Below the pieces are notes generated by a model. That model was not told the origin of the DNA, ran no database searches, and was given only the letters and a program-made list of their open reading frames with translations. Shown here one piece after another: positions 11,983-24,363 of a stretch of 64,000 nucleotides of DNA; the stretch's first letter is position 1, and each line of letters starts with the position of its first letter. The translations under genes and the position numbers were made by a program. The stretch is from Zygnema circumcarinatum SAG 698-1b (taxonomy: Eukaryota; Plantae; Zygnematophyceae): NCBI GenBank assembly GCA_037447605.1, contig CM074809.1:982689-1046688 (forward strand), written 5' to 3'.

Positions 11983-14334
11983 TTAGTCGGCACCATCCAC
12001 AGCTACCTCCGCGAGAGTGGCATCTTCGCCATGGCCTCCTCCCCTTCCACCATTATCGTCCATCATGTGCCCCTCCTCCTCCTCCGCCCCCATGGCTCGC
12101 GCAGCTCGCTCAAAGTCTTCCGCCGCCCCGAGGGTGGCCTCGTTCGCGAACATGTCGGCGACGACCGAGGGAGGCAGAGCGAAGGTGGTGATGCCCTCCA
12201 CGGCGAGGGAGGTCACTTGCTGACTGCTCTTGATGGAGGCAACCAGCACTCGCAGCTCACTGTCGAGGCCCTCTACTATTTCCTGATTTCACAACGGATT
12301 GCACACGAGCAGCATACACAAAAGTAAAGGAAAGGGGGGGGGGGGAGGGGAGAGGGTGGATGGAGGGGAGGAGGAGAGAATGTACAAAACAAGAGCAATT
12401 TAGTACCACAGCATCACTTTAGTCTGTGTAGAGGCGGAAACATAGGAGCATAGGCTTGGAAGAAGGAGCAGAAACCTGCCTATGGACAAGGTAATATAGT
12501 GCTTCAATCACAGACAGATTCACCTTCTATATTGCGGGGTTTGGGACTTCAGGTACATACCATCATGTCTATTACTTCTGCCTCACCATCTCTCCCCTGA
12601 GAGATGATTCGGCCTAAATATGGAGCAGCGTATTCGGCCCCTATTGAAGCTGCAAGAAGGACCTGCATGGCGAACTATAAAGCATGAGAATGGAGACCAG
12701 CAACTTCTATTCGAGTGAGAATCGCGAGCATGGAACCATACTGAAACTCAACATTATGCTTATCCAAGACTTGCGTTCCGAAAAAGTGTCATCCACGTGC
12801 AACGCATTGGATACTGAATGCATCCTCATATACCAAGACATGTATAGGCCCAGAGCATTGCCTGGTGAGCATTATATATTCCCGTCATTGTCACCCGAAT
12901 GCCTCGCTTCACCAACAAGTTGGCGGCTTCAAGGCCGTCTTGAGTGAGGGGTATCTTCACCTATAGCATCGCCAGCGCCAATATTTCAAGATTAGGTGAT
13001 GGGCAGGGAAAATATTGAACATTTGAAACAACCCAACAACAGATTTTAAATGTTCAACAGCAGAAAACTCTAATTCCAAAAGACATTAATTTCGCATGCC
13101 TGTGGGCTTTCTGCAAATAGACGATTCATGAAAGCCGCCATAACGACTACTCACCACCACTCTTGGATCAATGTAGGCAAGCTCGAGTCCTGTACGAATG
13201 TACTCGTCAGTGGTTCCCCCCCAAGCTTGCAGCTGCACCTCCTCCGCTCCCTGTACAGCATGGCCACAGTGAGGGGTTAATGTGACGAAAGGTCTTCCCT
13301 TGCGTCCTTCAGCAATTCAAGGATTCCCCATCCGTTTTCTCCTCTCTGGTTATTGCTTTCAGGTTTGAGTGTCGACTTACGAGAGAAAATGCCTCATTAG
13401 TGAGGTCAGTGAGCCGTTCAATAGAGCATTCTACACCTGCTCTTTCAAGAAGAATGGGGTTGGTGGTCACACCTGCACAAATGTTTAGAAGTGTCAAGGA
13501 AAACTGATTTTAATAACACCATAAAGTCCATCGACTGAATTTATAAAGGAATTCTTTTATTATTCACTTAGAGAGCACCATTTATCAAACAGCTCCAAGG
13601 TGCGTATCACTTCAATGGGCGTTCTCATGAGCAGAATGAAAAATATACTTGAAAACTGCTCTTTGTATTTCTATAATCACCCCTCTGCAATATAATCCGC
13701 TTCACCAAATAACACACTGTCTTAAATACCCTAGGGAACCAAGCTGCATACCATAAAAAGCTCCAGTGGGCAGCCATTGTTCCCACAATCGCTCATCCGC
13801 CGTGTCGAGAAACAGCCGTAGATTCGCTCGATTTCGCTCCACAAGCCCCTCGCCAGCAGTCCGAGAATAGCACTGCACCTTCACATCTCCTTTACTGTTC
13901 GACCACCACCCAAACCTCCCACTCCCATGTAAATTCTCTCCCTCACTTCATTTCTCCATCCAAAAAAAACCCAAAACCAGGACTCTCCTCCTTCCAACCC
14001 GCCTCCCGCCTCTTCGCCCCCCCACCCAATCTCTTCCCTCCAACTCCATTCCCGCCGCCTCGGCCACCATCCAGCCCTTCCTCATCCTCCCACCTCCCAG
14101 AGCTCTTCGTCGCTCATTTCTTCTCCTTATCTCTCTCTCTATCTCTCTCCCTCTCACCATCGCTCTCTCTCTCTCTCTTCCCCACCCCACCCCTTCCGTA
14201 TAAAAGATACTTTCTAAGCTAAAAACCCACCTGGCGAACGTAATGCGAGTGGGGCGACGGTGCTGCAGAGGGAGCGCCGTCCGCAGAGCGACGGACTGTA
14301 GAGGGGACCGCAGCGTGAGGGCGGGCGCGTGCAT
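11983..14334 (-). CDS. Short (TalC/FSA-family, cyanobacterial-type) transaldolase-like protein, probably plastid-targeted; about 7 exons
   Basis: LRLFLDTAD...WLPTGAFYG|VTTNPILL, QLQAWGG, RVV|VKIPLT (Schiff-base Lys), VTMTGIYNAHQ, AEYAAPYLGRI, LRVLVASIK. The putative first exon MHAPALTLRSPLQSVALRT looks like a transit peptide; the 5' end is tentative. Confidence 0.85.
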
Positions 14335-14721
14335 GGCGGACGAGAGCAGAGCCCCTCCCTCCTCCTCCTTCTGCAGGCGCGCGCTAAAGGGGAGGGGGCA
14401 GGAGGTTCGCGCGCCATGGCCTTGAAGCCGAAGAAACCACGCGTGCGGCCACTTCCATGTACACAGTTCCATATTCCAGTTCCAGATTTTTGCAGCCTGT
14501 TGCGGATATAAAAGGCGTTTCGCTGTTACTGACTGCTCAGAAATTAGCGTTCAACGCTACCCGAACTGGGGACATGGAGACAGAACCGGAAGCCCCGAGG
14601 AAGGCGCAGATGATGGATGACCTTGAAGAACGCTTTTTAGGGTTCGCAGTTTTTAGGGTTGGCGTTTGCTTCTCTCGCTCCTCCTGCTTTTCTCCTCTTG
14701 CTGGGGGTGTGCCTGGCTCTC

Positions 14722-17700
14722 ATGGCGGAGAAGAGGAAGGCGGAGAGCATTGCTGCTCTCTTTATTTACAACGATGACGATGAGACGGACGAGGAGGACG
14801 AGAAGGCCGAGCAGAGAGACGCGGAAGCTGCGCAGAGAGACGCCAGTTCTGCGGCAGCACATACGGAGGGGGGGGCTGGGGAGCAGGAGGATAGGAATGG
14901 CGAGGGAGGGGTGCTGGGCATGCTGGACTACGGCCAGGAGGAGCCCGCAGCTTCGCCGGAACGGGAGGTGCATTTCTTGTGCTTATGGGTAGTTGTGCGA
15001 GGAAAGAAGTGTAGGGAGTATATTGCAGCGTTTCTGGCTTTTAGGATTCTCGCCGGAGATGGAAATCACTTTTTTGCTGATTAAACGCATACGGGTACAG
15101 TTGATGCAGTAGTGCAGTTTTTGAGGGGAAGCGCGGTGTCCAGTTGGCGTTTGGCGATGTTATAAGCTTCATGGTCCTCATTCTGCGCTTGAATGGTGCA
15201 GGAAGGAGACGCAGGATATGCGTCGATTCGAGTAGAAGGAGCTGAGCAAGATCAAGGTAATTTCTCTGGACAAGATTTCACCAGATTGTTTGGAGTACGG
15301 TGCAAGTGGTCCCTCACTATATTACGGGTAGTGCTTGATGCTACTGACGTAGCTATCAGCTTTAAAGAGATTCTCTTTCCCCTCCTTTGGGGAGACCGCC
15401 TTGCATATGTGCATACGGGAGATGCATCAGAGGAAACGGAATGAATTTCACGATGTGGGGTGCAACCCATCGTCACATGAAACTTGGTGAAACTTTACGC
15501 CACACAGACGACGTCCCTCATTTTCACTTCGTTGCGCACCAAGGGTCCTTTTCTTGTTGAATGCGAGAGTGGGCGCTTCATGTGAAGCGTCACAAGTTAC
15601 TTTGACTGACTCCAAAAATGCTCCTTTTCATTGGAGCGAGATAGCCTGCAAGATTTATTTAGGCTGCCTGTTTAATTCATGTATCTGCTCACCTTAGGCC
15701 TTACTGCATTTCTGCCTCGTTGCACGCAGGTCCAAGGTGAGGGCAGAGGCAGTGCTGCTCAGCTCTGGCTTGGTCCTGTACCTCCCCATCCCTCTCTTCA
15801 GCCTCCACAACTTTTTCTTTCGAAGTAGCACACCTCTGCTTGCTACTTCTTTTTCCCGGCTCAGATAGCCCACTCAGATTGAATTTTGCATGGTTTATAC
15901 GTTTGTGTGTAATCCTCTACACAATGTCGAGTGCCCCTCTAATCTTGTTGGCACTAGATAGTTGCGTCTTCTCTAACACTGTTGTTTCATCTCCCCTGCT
16001 CCTTGTCCTGCAATGCGGAGGCAATGGTGAGCCTTACCTCAGATGGTCAAGTAGCGTTCGTGGAGCCACAAATTCATTGAACCTCATTTTCCGCTAACTG
16101 ATTCGCTTTTTTTGTCAAAATTTCCTCCGTGTTGTCATCTCACTAACCACATCCAAACTTTGTACGACCGTATAGATGATGTAGAACTGCAGTTCAAAAG
16201 GGTTAACTTGAGTGAGGAGGGAGAAATCTATTGCTTGTATTCTGCAGCATGGAAATGAAGTCACACCACTTCCCTGAAGCGGAAGCAGTTTGATATTCGA
16301 AAATCCGGGTCGAAAGGGATAAGGTTTCACCCCTAAAGAAGGAGTGCTAGTTGCTCTGCAACAGCGGATGTGAATTTTCCGGAATCCTAATTTCTGAATT
16401 TCCTGGTTTGAGTCTTTGGAATTTTTTGCGCATTGCATGAGAAATGCGAGAGCCGCATAGACTCGGTACATGATGGGGATTATCTGAAATTATAGGGAGC
16501 ACGGATTAGTGAAATGTTTTCACATTTGAATTTTAAACTGTGACTCTAGTCGTATTTGAAGCCGTCTTAATATTAGAAGAGAACGACCTTCCTGGCCTGA
16601 TCTTATTTCTGATAAGATTGGACAATGAATTGTCCAAATCTGAAGCTTGTTTAAATAGCTCAGGCCACGTGATAGATTGACTGTGCCTGGAAGTATGTAG
16701 ATGGTGTCTTTGCTTAGGCTACTCATGACTGGCAGGGAGTCCCTGTTTGATGTGTGAATATACTGCCAATATTTGCCCATATTAGCATTGAAATAGGTTC
16801 GTCGTCCGGCTCCTTTGAACCTTGCAAACCATTTAACGATCGCCTCCTGCACGTTCTGAATTATCCTTACAGATATCCAACTTTGTAGTTTCAGCTTAGC
16901 TGTTTGTAGCAACATCTCTTACTGCCGGTTTGCTTTCCGATACGGCGCAGGCCCTGCAAGGGAGAAGTCTCGAACTCCTCCAGGATCTATCGTTAATCTG
17001 ACGCCAAACAAGGCGGGTGGAACTCCTAGTAAACTGTCGCCATTGGTCAATGATCGGTCAGGAGAACCAACAGCCTCTGAGGAAGTGCCACGTGGCACTG
17101 AGAGGCCGAGTGGGGATGCTGCAGAGCGCAGTTCAGGGGAAGCTCATCCTCTCGAGAAGGGAGGGGACGAGCCATCAGCCATGGAAGTAGAGGATGGCGA
17201 CCGCTCCCGTAAAGTACTTGACACTTTTCTGCCACCTCCTCCTACAGAGAACTGCAGTGACGAACTACAGGTGTGTAATGGAGCTTGGTAACATTTTTAT
17301 GCAGTTAAGTCGATTCCAAATGCTCAGAAAAGCTGAACCGGGTTTGCAGGAAGACCACTTTGCAATACTCACAGTTGTGATTCACTTTGTGTGGGAGTTT
17401 TTTCAGGAGAAGTTTGCGAGATTTTGTTACTGGAGGCAAGAACAAGGGCGGAACATCAATGACGAAATGAGGATGTCAAAGGGCTACAAGAATCCTGACT
17501 TCATGCAACAAGCAGTGGAGCACGCGGGCATAGATGATATAGGCAGCTGCTTTCCAAAGGAAATATTCGATCCGCATGGCTTCAACGCCGGTGATTACTA
17601 TGACCAATTAGGTGAGCCTCCCACTTCTATGCAGAACTTGAACTCTCCCCTTAACAAGTTGTTTCAGCAGGCCCATTGTTTGTGCATTCAAAACTAAACG

Positions 17701-18818
17701 AGCATGCGCATGCACGTGGAATTTTTTGTGTCAAAACTATGCGTGTCATAGTTCCTACCTCTGTTGACCTCTCCTCCTCTGTCTCATAGGCACATCACAT
17801 TTAGTCCCTGTCTGAACACCTTGTTGTTTGACTCTGTGTGGTCTGAATCAATAGTTTATTTTTTTTCTTTTTCCAGCATTGGACCAGAGGCGGCTGAATG
17901 AGAGGCGAGAGCAGGAACGTAAGCAGAAGGGTCAAATTGACTTCCAACGGGGGGGCCTGCAGCTGCCTCCCGGCCCGCCCAAGCCTGTAGTGCAGCTCAT
18001 ATCCGGGCAGCGAGGTGAGTGCCATATTGAAACTCTTGTTTGGAAAGATGTAGGTTTCGCGAGTTTCAACTGCCAATAGACCCTATATGTTAGAAAATCG
18101 AGTCTTTTGGTATGGCCTGCCTTTCAACATTCAAGACTGGAAAATACTTCTTGGAGTCTGACTTACTTTAGGGACTTTCTTACTTTCCGCGAACACAATC
18201 GCAGGGATATTCCCAGCTATGCCTCTCGGAATGGGAGTGGGCATTCCCGGCCTTCCCCAAATGATGGCATCTGCAGCAGTAGTTGCTGCTGCTGCCGCTC
18301 CTGCGCTTTCCGCCGTTGATTCCGCAGCGAAAGCAGAGCCGCGAGATCGGAAGCGGAGCAAGTGGGACAAAGTGGAGGGAGAGAGTGCGCGTAGCGCGCA
18401 GGAGGTGCTTGCAGCCGCCAAAGCGCACGCAGCGACCATTGGAGCACCCACGGGGTCTCGCCCGCCTGCCTCGTGAGTGTTCCCTTATTGCAAGCTGCAT
18501 GATGCCTCCATGGCAAGGTTCGATGAAGAAAGGGGCCGCACTTTGGAGTGCTTGGAGGGAATTGGGGCTGCTTCGCATGGATAAAAGGGAAAGGAAAAGT
18601 GGTAGAAGGCTGGGCAGGTGGTGATCCGCATGCCTGAGATAGGCATTTTCACGCACATTTTAAAATGCCATTCATCACGACAACGCTAATTTTATCAGCT
18701 CGTCGACTGTTTGCATGCATGTGGTTCTGTGTGCAGGCAGAGCAAAGCAAAAGAGAATGATGGGGACTCGAAAGGAAGGTCGAGAGAGAAGGGCGGAAGA
18801 CCGCCTCTAAAAGTGTAG
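14722..18818 (+). CDS. SAP30-binding protein / HCNGP-family transcriptional regulator
   Basis: N-terminus MAEKRKAESIAALFIYNDDD; LDTFLPPPP; HCNGP core SKGYKNPDFMQQAVEHAGIDDIGSCFPKEIFDPHG; KRSKWDK motif. The last exon is tentative (the alternative stop is at 18476). Confidence 0.85.
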
Positions 18819-19749
18819 CGTGTATCCGCTGCTGCGCTGTCCAGTCAGTGCGGAATGTGGTGTGACTACCGTCCACAGGGCTTGCAGCTGCTGCAGCTGC
18901 CGCGGCTCACAGACTGTAACGCAGGAACGCTTGGACTTCACTTGCTAACAGGGAACCTGCTCCATGTGAGTGACTCCCAAGCAGGCAGCTGTAATGGGGT
19001 AAAGATAGCCGTTTGTGTCCCTCGAGCTTTGGGGTGCTGCCGCTGTTGTGGAATTATCCTCGAGAAATGTGAAAGGTTATGGTGCAGATTGTATGGGGTG
19101 CCCGGTCTCTCTCACTAAGCAGCGGCATCGGGTTCACCATGCAATGCCGTGAGCGGTGGCCAAGGAGTCACCTCGGATATTTGAGAAGCCAAGGACTAAC
19201 GGTTCCATTTTTGTTAATCAGTTTCCAAGTTGTTTGCGACAATGGAAGCGCAGCCTGAGTCAAGTTCCAAACAGAAATTGTGGAGCTGTTCGCATGCGCC
19301 TCTCCAACTTGAAGCCGGAGGGGGGCGGAGGACAGGCGGCCTTCTCCAATTATAATGCGCCATGTGGCTGCCACGTGGCATGGCGTGTGCTCTAGGATGG
19401 TGCAGTGAATGGTTTGTCAAAAGCTGTTGCCATCTATTCGCGACATTGTTCCTCCATGGAACACGCGCTCAGTTTGAGCAAGATGAAACATTTTGATGGA
19501 GAATTCTGACCAGAGATTGTCTGCGTGTCAATTTGTCCCACTGGCTAAAAATTTCGTACCTCCTTTTTGGCGCGGGGTGTGGTCGCCGATGCCAAGGCGG
19601 AAGAAGCCTTCCAATGCAAAAACATCTGGGCGCCATGTCCCCGCTTCGCAGGCTTTTGCACATGGAAGGAAACGTCAAAGTTTAAGCTTAATACATGAGA
19701 AAAACTTGTATCTTCTGCCATGCCCAAAGTGAACGGCCGATTCCTCGTG

Positions 19750-19806
19750 AACTGTAACTGTAACTGTAACTGTAACTGTAACTTTAACTGCGATTTTAAC
19801 TGCAAC
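19750..19806. repeat. (AACTGT)n microsatellite
   Basis: Five perfect AACTGT copies followed by degenerate copies. Confidence 0.9.
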
Positions 19807-20763
19807 TATAATTGATGACTCAGGCCAATATGATCCTCGGAAGTCGGCCGGGATTGGCCGAGCCCGCGCGCGATATGCGACAAAAATTACCTCCTGCCGG
19901 CAACCGGCAACGCCGGCTAAAATCTGGACGTTGACTTCCCGGAAACCGTCGGCCGTACAGTGCTTTGTCCGTTATGCACAGGAGGGGGCGTCGAGTCGCA
20001 CTGCACGGAACTGAAACTGTGTGCAAAGACGCAAAGATCGGCAGTTAGGGTTCGCGGCTCCAGTGCGCGGCTCGTCGGGCAGTGGGACTGGCCAGTCTCA
20101 CTGGCACTCGCCCTCCGGGGCGGCCCTCAGGGGAGGTTGCAGCTGGTGGTGCTCTTGCGCCGCGCCCATTTTTGCATCATTCCGCGCATATTATTGCGTC
20201 ATCTCGTCGCCCTTTCTTCTCGCCATACACAGTTTCATTTCAGCTGAAGAGGTGAGCAAGAGGGGTCGAGAGTGAAGGAGCATGTGAGAGGGAGAGAGGG
20301 AGGAGCAGGGAGTGCGAAAGGGAGTGAGGGGGGAGGAGTGGAGAAAGAAAAGGGAAGAGTAGGGTATTGGAAAGAAAGAAAGGAATGAAGAGAATGATGA
20401 GAGAAAATGCATTCCCCTTTCTAGTCATATCTATTAGTTTGCCCCGTCTCTCTTCAAGCCGTGTGCATTCTTCTCCTCCTGTGCGTTTGTTTGTTTCATC
20501 CTTTTTATTTCCTCCTGAGATTATCTTGTTCAGCGGTAGCAAAAGTTTCCTATTTCTGCGCACGTTGCATCTTTGACGTCTTCCACCTTCTTCGTCTCTC
20601 TCTCTCTCTCTCACTCTCGTTTGTCATCAACGGCGTCCCTCCGTTCCAAATGCTTTATCGCTTTGTCAGTTAAGTAGTGTATTCAATGACAGTGAATCGA
20701 TGATGCATCTTTGGAAAATTTTGGAGCCTTACGGAAGAAAATCTCTCCGTAATTGCAGGGCTC

Positions 20764-23463
20764 ATGGGGGACCATCCGATGACACCGGTTCCAAGCAGCC
20801 CTATGGATGCACCACGGACCCCCACGGAAGGGGGCGGACTTGGAGGACACGGGGAGATGGACGAAGTTCCGTTGGCTAACAATGGCGCTGATTGGAGCGA
20901 CCCCTACGCAGAGAGTAGAGGCTCTCTTGAAGACTATAGAGGTGGACACGGAGGTGCAAGTTCTGGACAAGCTGGACAGTATGTGAAAAGAGGCGATTTT
21001 GAGGTATATTTAGGAGCAGACGACCATCTCCGTTCTCGACAAGGCGCACGGCAGCCGCTGCTCTTGGAGCCTCTGGTGAGTCCCGATGGATTTAAAAACT
21101 GAAGCGTTCAGGGTCGGTGCCCCGCTGTGATTCTTAAGGCTAGGTTTTTGAGGTGGTTGCGGTTCTCTGTGATAAATATTGGATGGAATGTGCTTGAATA
21201 AGTCTTCATGTATTCTACAGGGGAATGAGACGATGGAGGGCCCTGGCAAGCCGGAGGAGGATCGAAATTTGGAAAACCCGGGATATGTGAAGTACAACAT
21301 TTATGGGGTCATTTTTGAATTACCACATAAGTATTCTCCGCCAATTGAAGCGCTTGGACGAGGTGGCTATGGTTTTGTCACGTGAGATTTCGTCACGCAT
21401 CACCTTCTTGGCGTGGTTTGCCTTGTTTAGAGTGTGAATGAAAAAGCATGATTAAGGGACTTATGGTTCTCCTCCCCCCTACATCACCTTCCTTTTTTTT
21501 GGGACAGGTCTGCCCGAGATAGTGCTACAGGAGAGCCCGTTGCAGTCAAGAAAATTTCTACTGCCTTTCGCGACGTGATGGATGCGAAAAGAGTTTTGAG
21601 GGAAGTAGTAATCCAGCGGCACATGGAGCACCCAAATGTAAGCGACTGAGTCTGTACATCATTTCCTTGTTAACATCTCGGTGATTAACATCGAGTCTTT
21701 GTGCTCTCTTCCCAGTGGGGTCTGGATACAGTACTGCCAGGTATTCTAAATCCAACTATGCATTTCGTGTTTTTGGGGTGTAGATTGCCAGCATTCGCGA
21801 TGTGATTCGGCCTCCTCGACCGCGTAACTTTAAAGATGTTTATATTGTGTATGACCTGATGCCCTCCGACCTCCAGCAGGTCATTGCGTCTGACCAGCCA
21901 CTCTCCGAAAAACATTTCAAGGTACACAGCTCAGAGCGGGCAGTACTGCTTGATTCGTTTCTAGTACTGAGAAGCAGCGTGGACTGTCTTTTGCAGTTTC
22001 TTAACCTTTCCTCTTCAACACCTCTCTCCTCCTCGTTTATGCTATCTCCCCCTCCCCCTCCCCCTCAACCTCTTTTAGTATCCTCCTGTGTTTTGCTGTA
22101 TGGATGTTGAGGTTGATAGAGTTTCGTGTCCAAGATTCCCCTGCCCAGTAAATGATGTGTCGTTGCCCTTGTTATTCGTTTGAAGAAGCACTGCTTTTCT
22201 TCTCCGAGTTTCCCTTCGCCTTCAATCTGAACTGCTCAATGCTTGCTTTTTTTGACAGTACATCCTCTTCCAACTTCTCCGCGGCCTCAAATTCATCCAC
22301 TCAGCCAACGTTCTTCACCGAGACTTGAAGCCGAGTAACATCCTCATCGACGAACGCTGCAATGTTCGCATTACGGATTTTGGCTTGGCGCGCACAGTGT
22401 TGGGGCTTGAAGACCACATGACGGAATATGTGGTTACTAGATGGTACAGGGCGCCGGAACTCTTGCTTAACTGTCAAAGGCACACGGGAGCCATTGACAT
22501 GTGGGCTTTAGGGTGTATTTATATGGAGCTTGTGACGAGACAAGTGTGGATAAAGGGTCATGCCCCTCTTGACCAGTTGCGAAAGACTGTGGAGGTGGGT
22601 AGTCTAGGGGGGTGCAGACTTGTGTTTTCTTCCTTGTTTTCTATGTAAGGTATATACAGGTAGGATGTATGAAATGGATAGGTTGGGCATCGGGAATGGG
22701 TGGGTGGATGAATGCAAACTCGTGTATCTGGGAAGAGCTGATCGCGAAAGTGGGTTGAGATGTATGGCTGAACTCGAGGCTAGACATGAGATCCAAATTT
22801 TTAGTTAAAATGAGCCAACGCTTGATGGAGATGTAGCATTTGCTTTTCAACTCTCCTTGTTGACAAAAGCATTTTTGCCTTCACATGTTTTTGCAGAGAA
22901 TTGGAAGCCCTACTCCGGATGATTTAGGCTTTTTAGACAGCAACGATGCGCGGAAGTACCTTATGCTTCAAGTGGCACATCCTCGGCGGCCATTCGTAGA
23001 GCAGTGTCCCCAACTTACTCCTAAAGGAGCCGACCTTGCGGAGAGGATGCTGCAATTTGATCCCAACAAACGCATCACAGGTGAGGATGTTTCCCTGCAA
23101 TAGTGACTGTTGTGGTGCTCGATGTGCTCCCTTCATTCGCAAAATTGCATTTGTTATGCTTGGTCATCTTCGGTTCACCCCTCTTAACGTGACCCTCGGT
23201 TCACTCTGCTCAAAATTCATCGTCCGTTCACCCTGCTGAAATTTATCTTCCGTTCATCCTGGTTCTCCTTTTGGGTTGCAGTTGATGAAGCGTTGGCACA
23301 CCCTTATTTGGCCCATTACTATGATCCAATGGATTCCATGGTATGCGAAGCGCCCTTTGAGTACGACTTAAGCTTCGAGCAGAGCCATTTTACGATTCCA
23401 TTGATCCGCCAATTAATATACGAGGTCGCCTGTGACTTCAACCCGCTACCTCCGAGTGAATGA
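20764..23463 (+). CDS. Mitogen-activated protein kinase, TEY type (plant group A/B-like); 7 exons
   Basis: [56 protein letters not shown]|VDEALAHPY. Intron positions resemble plant MPK3/4/6. Confidence 0.95.
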
Positions 23464-24363
23464 TAAATAATCCGCGGGTGCATGTGGCGACATAGGTGTA
23501 AAGGCTAGAACTGACTTTGATTGGAACAGGATAAGAAATGTAGGATTTTTGCTTTCTAGGGCTTCAGCTTGTATTCCGTTTTGTCTCTATTAAGATGGGT
23601 GAAGCCACGGACGCTCATCTGATTAATAATTTGTATTCCAAGGTTGCTTAGATGGGCTCTATGGTCCCACTCGTAATATTGGTATAGTACTACGTCAAGG
23701 TTCGGCCACAGAAATAAAGTTCAGCAGCTCTTAAATCTCTCTTGGAACGATCGCGATGCATGTAAGGCTGCTATGATGGTCAGATGCTGCTGCATGCGTG
23801 GCCGCTGGTAGTGACGCCCCTAAAGCTGTCAGTGACTTTGTGTGTCATTCTCGCATCGAGGTTGATCACTCCGTTGGGACATGCGGCTTGAGCATTACAC
23901 CCATTAGTGCCAATTCTGAAGGAAAGAAAATTGCATTGACATTTCGTTCTTTCTTTTTAAGTGGACCTCCTTCGATAAGGAAAGGCTTAAGTCAAAAGCC
24001 ACATTGGTTCTTGAACACACACACACACTGCTTGAATGTACGGAATGTATGTCGACGCGTACCTGAACAAGGTGGGATAAAAAATTGAACGGGAAGTTAA
24101 AGGGTAGCGGGAACGGTTCCATGTGCCGTTCTTTGCTGTTCACCGTTCTTTGCTGTTCGCCGTTCAGGCGCGGTTGACGGCCTTGGAACTGGCGTGTCGC
24201 TGTCGGCAAAAGTGCGGCAGTACTGGTTCTGTGCGGAATTAGGGTTTGCGCGAGCACGCAGCAGCACTACAGTGGGAAGATTTTAAAAAAAAGGACGAAG
24301 AATGCGTCTGGGGATGAGGAGGAATGCAGTTATTGCTTGCCTGCTTTGATCTCTACGAGCGAA

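Noticed and set aside
16115-16915. Minus-strand ORFs in the 1.7-kb SAP30BP intron as a nested gene or transposon
   Set aside because: Short, no recognisable domain, no terminal repeats; the flanking SAP30BP exons join in phase.
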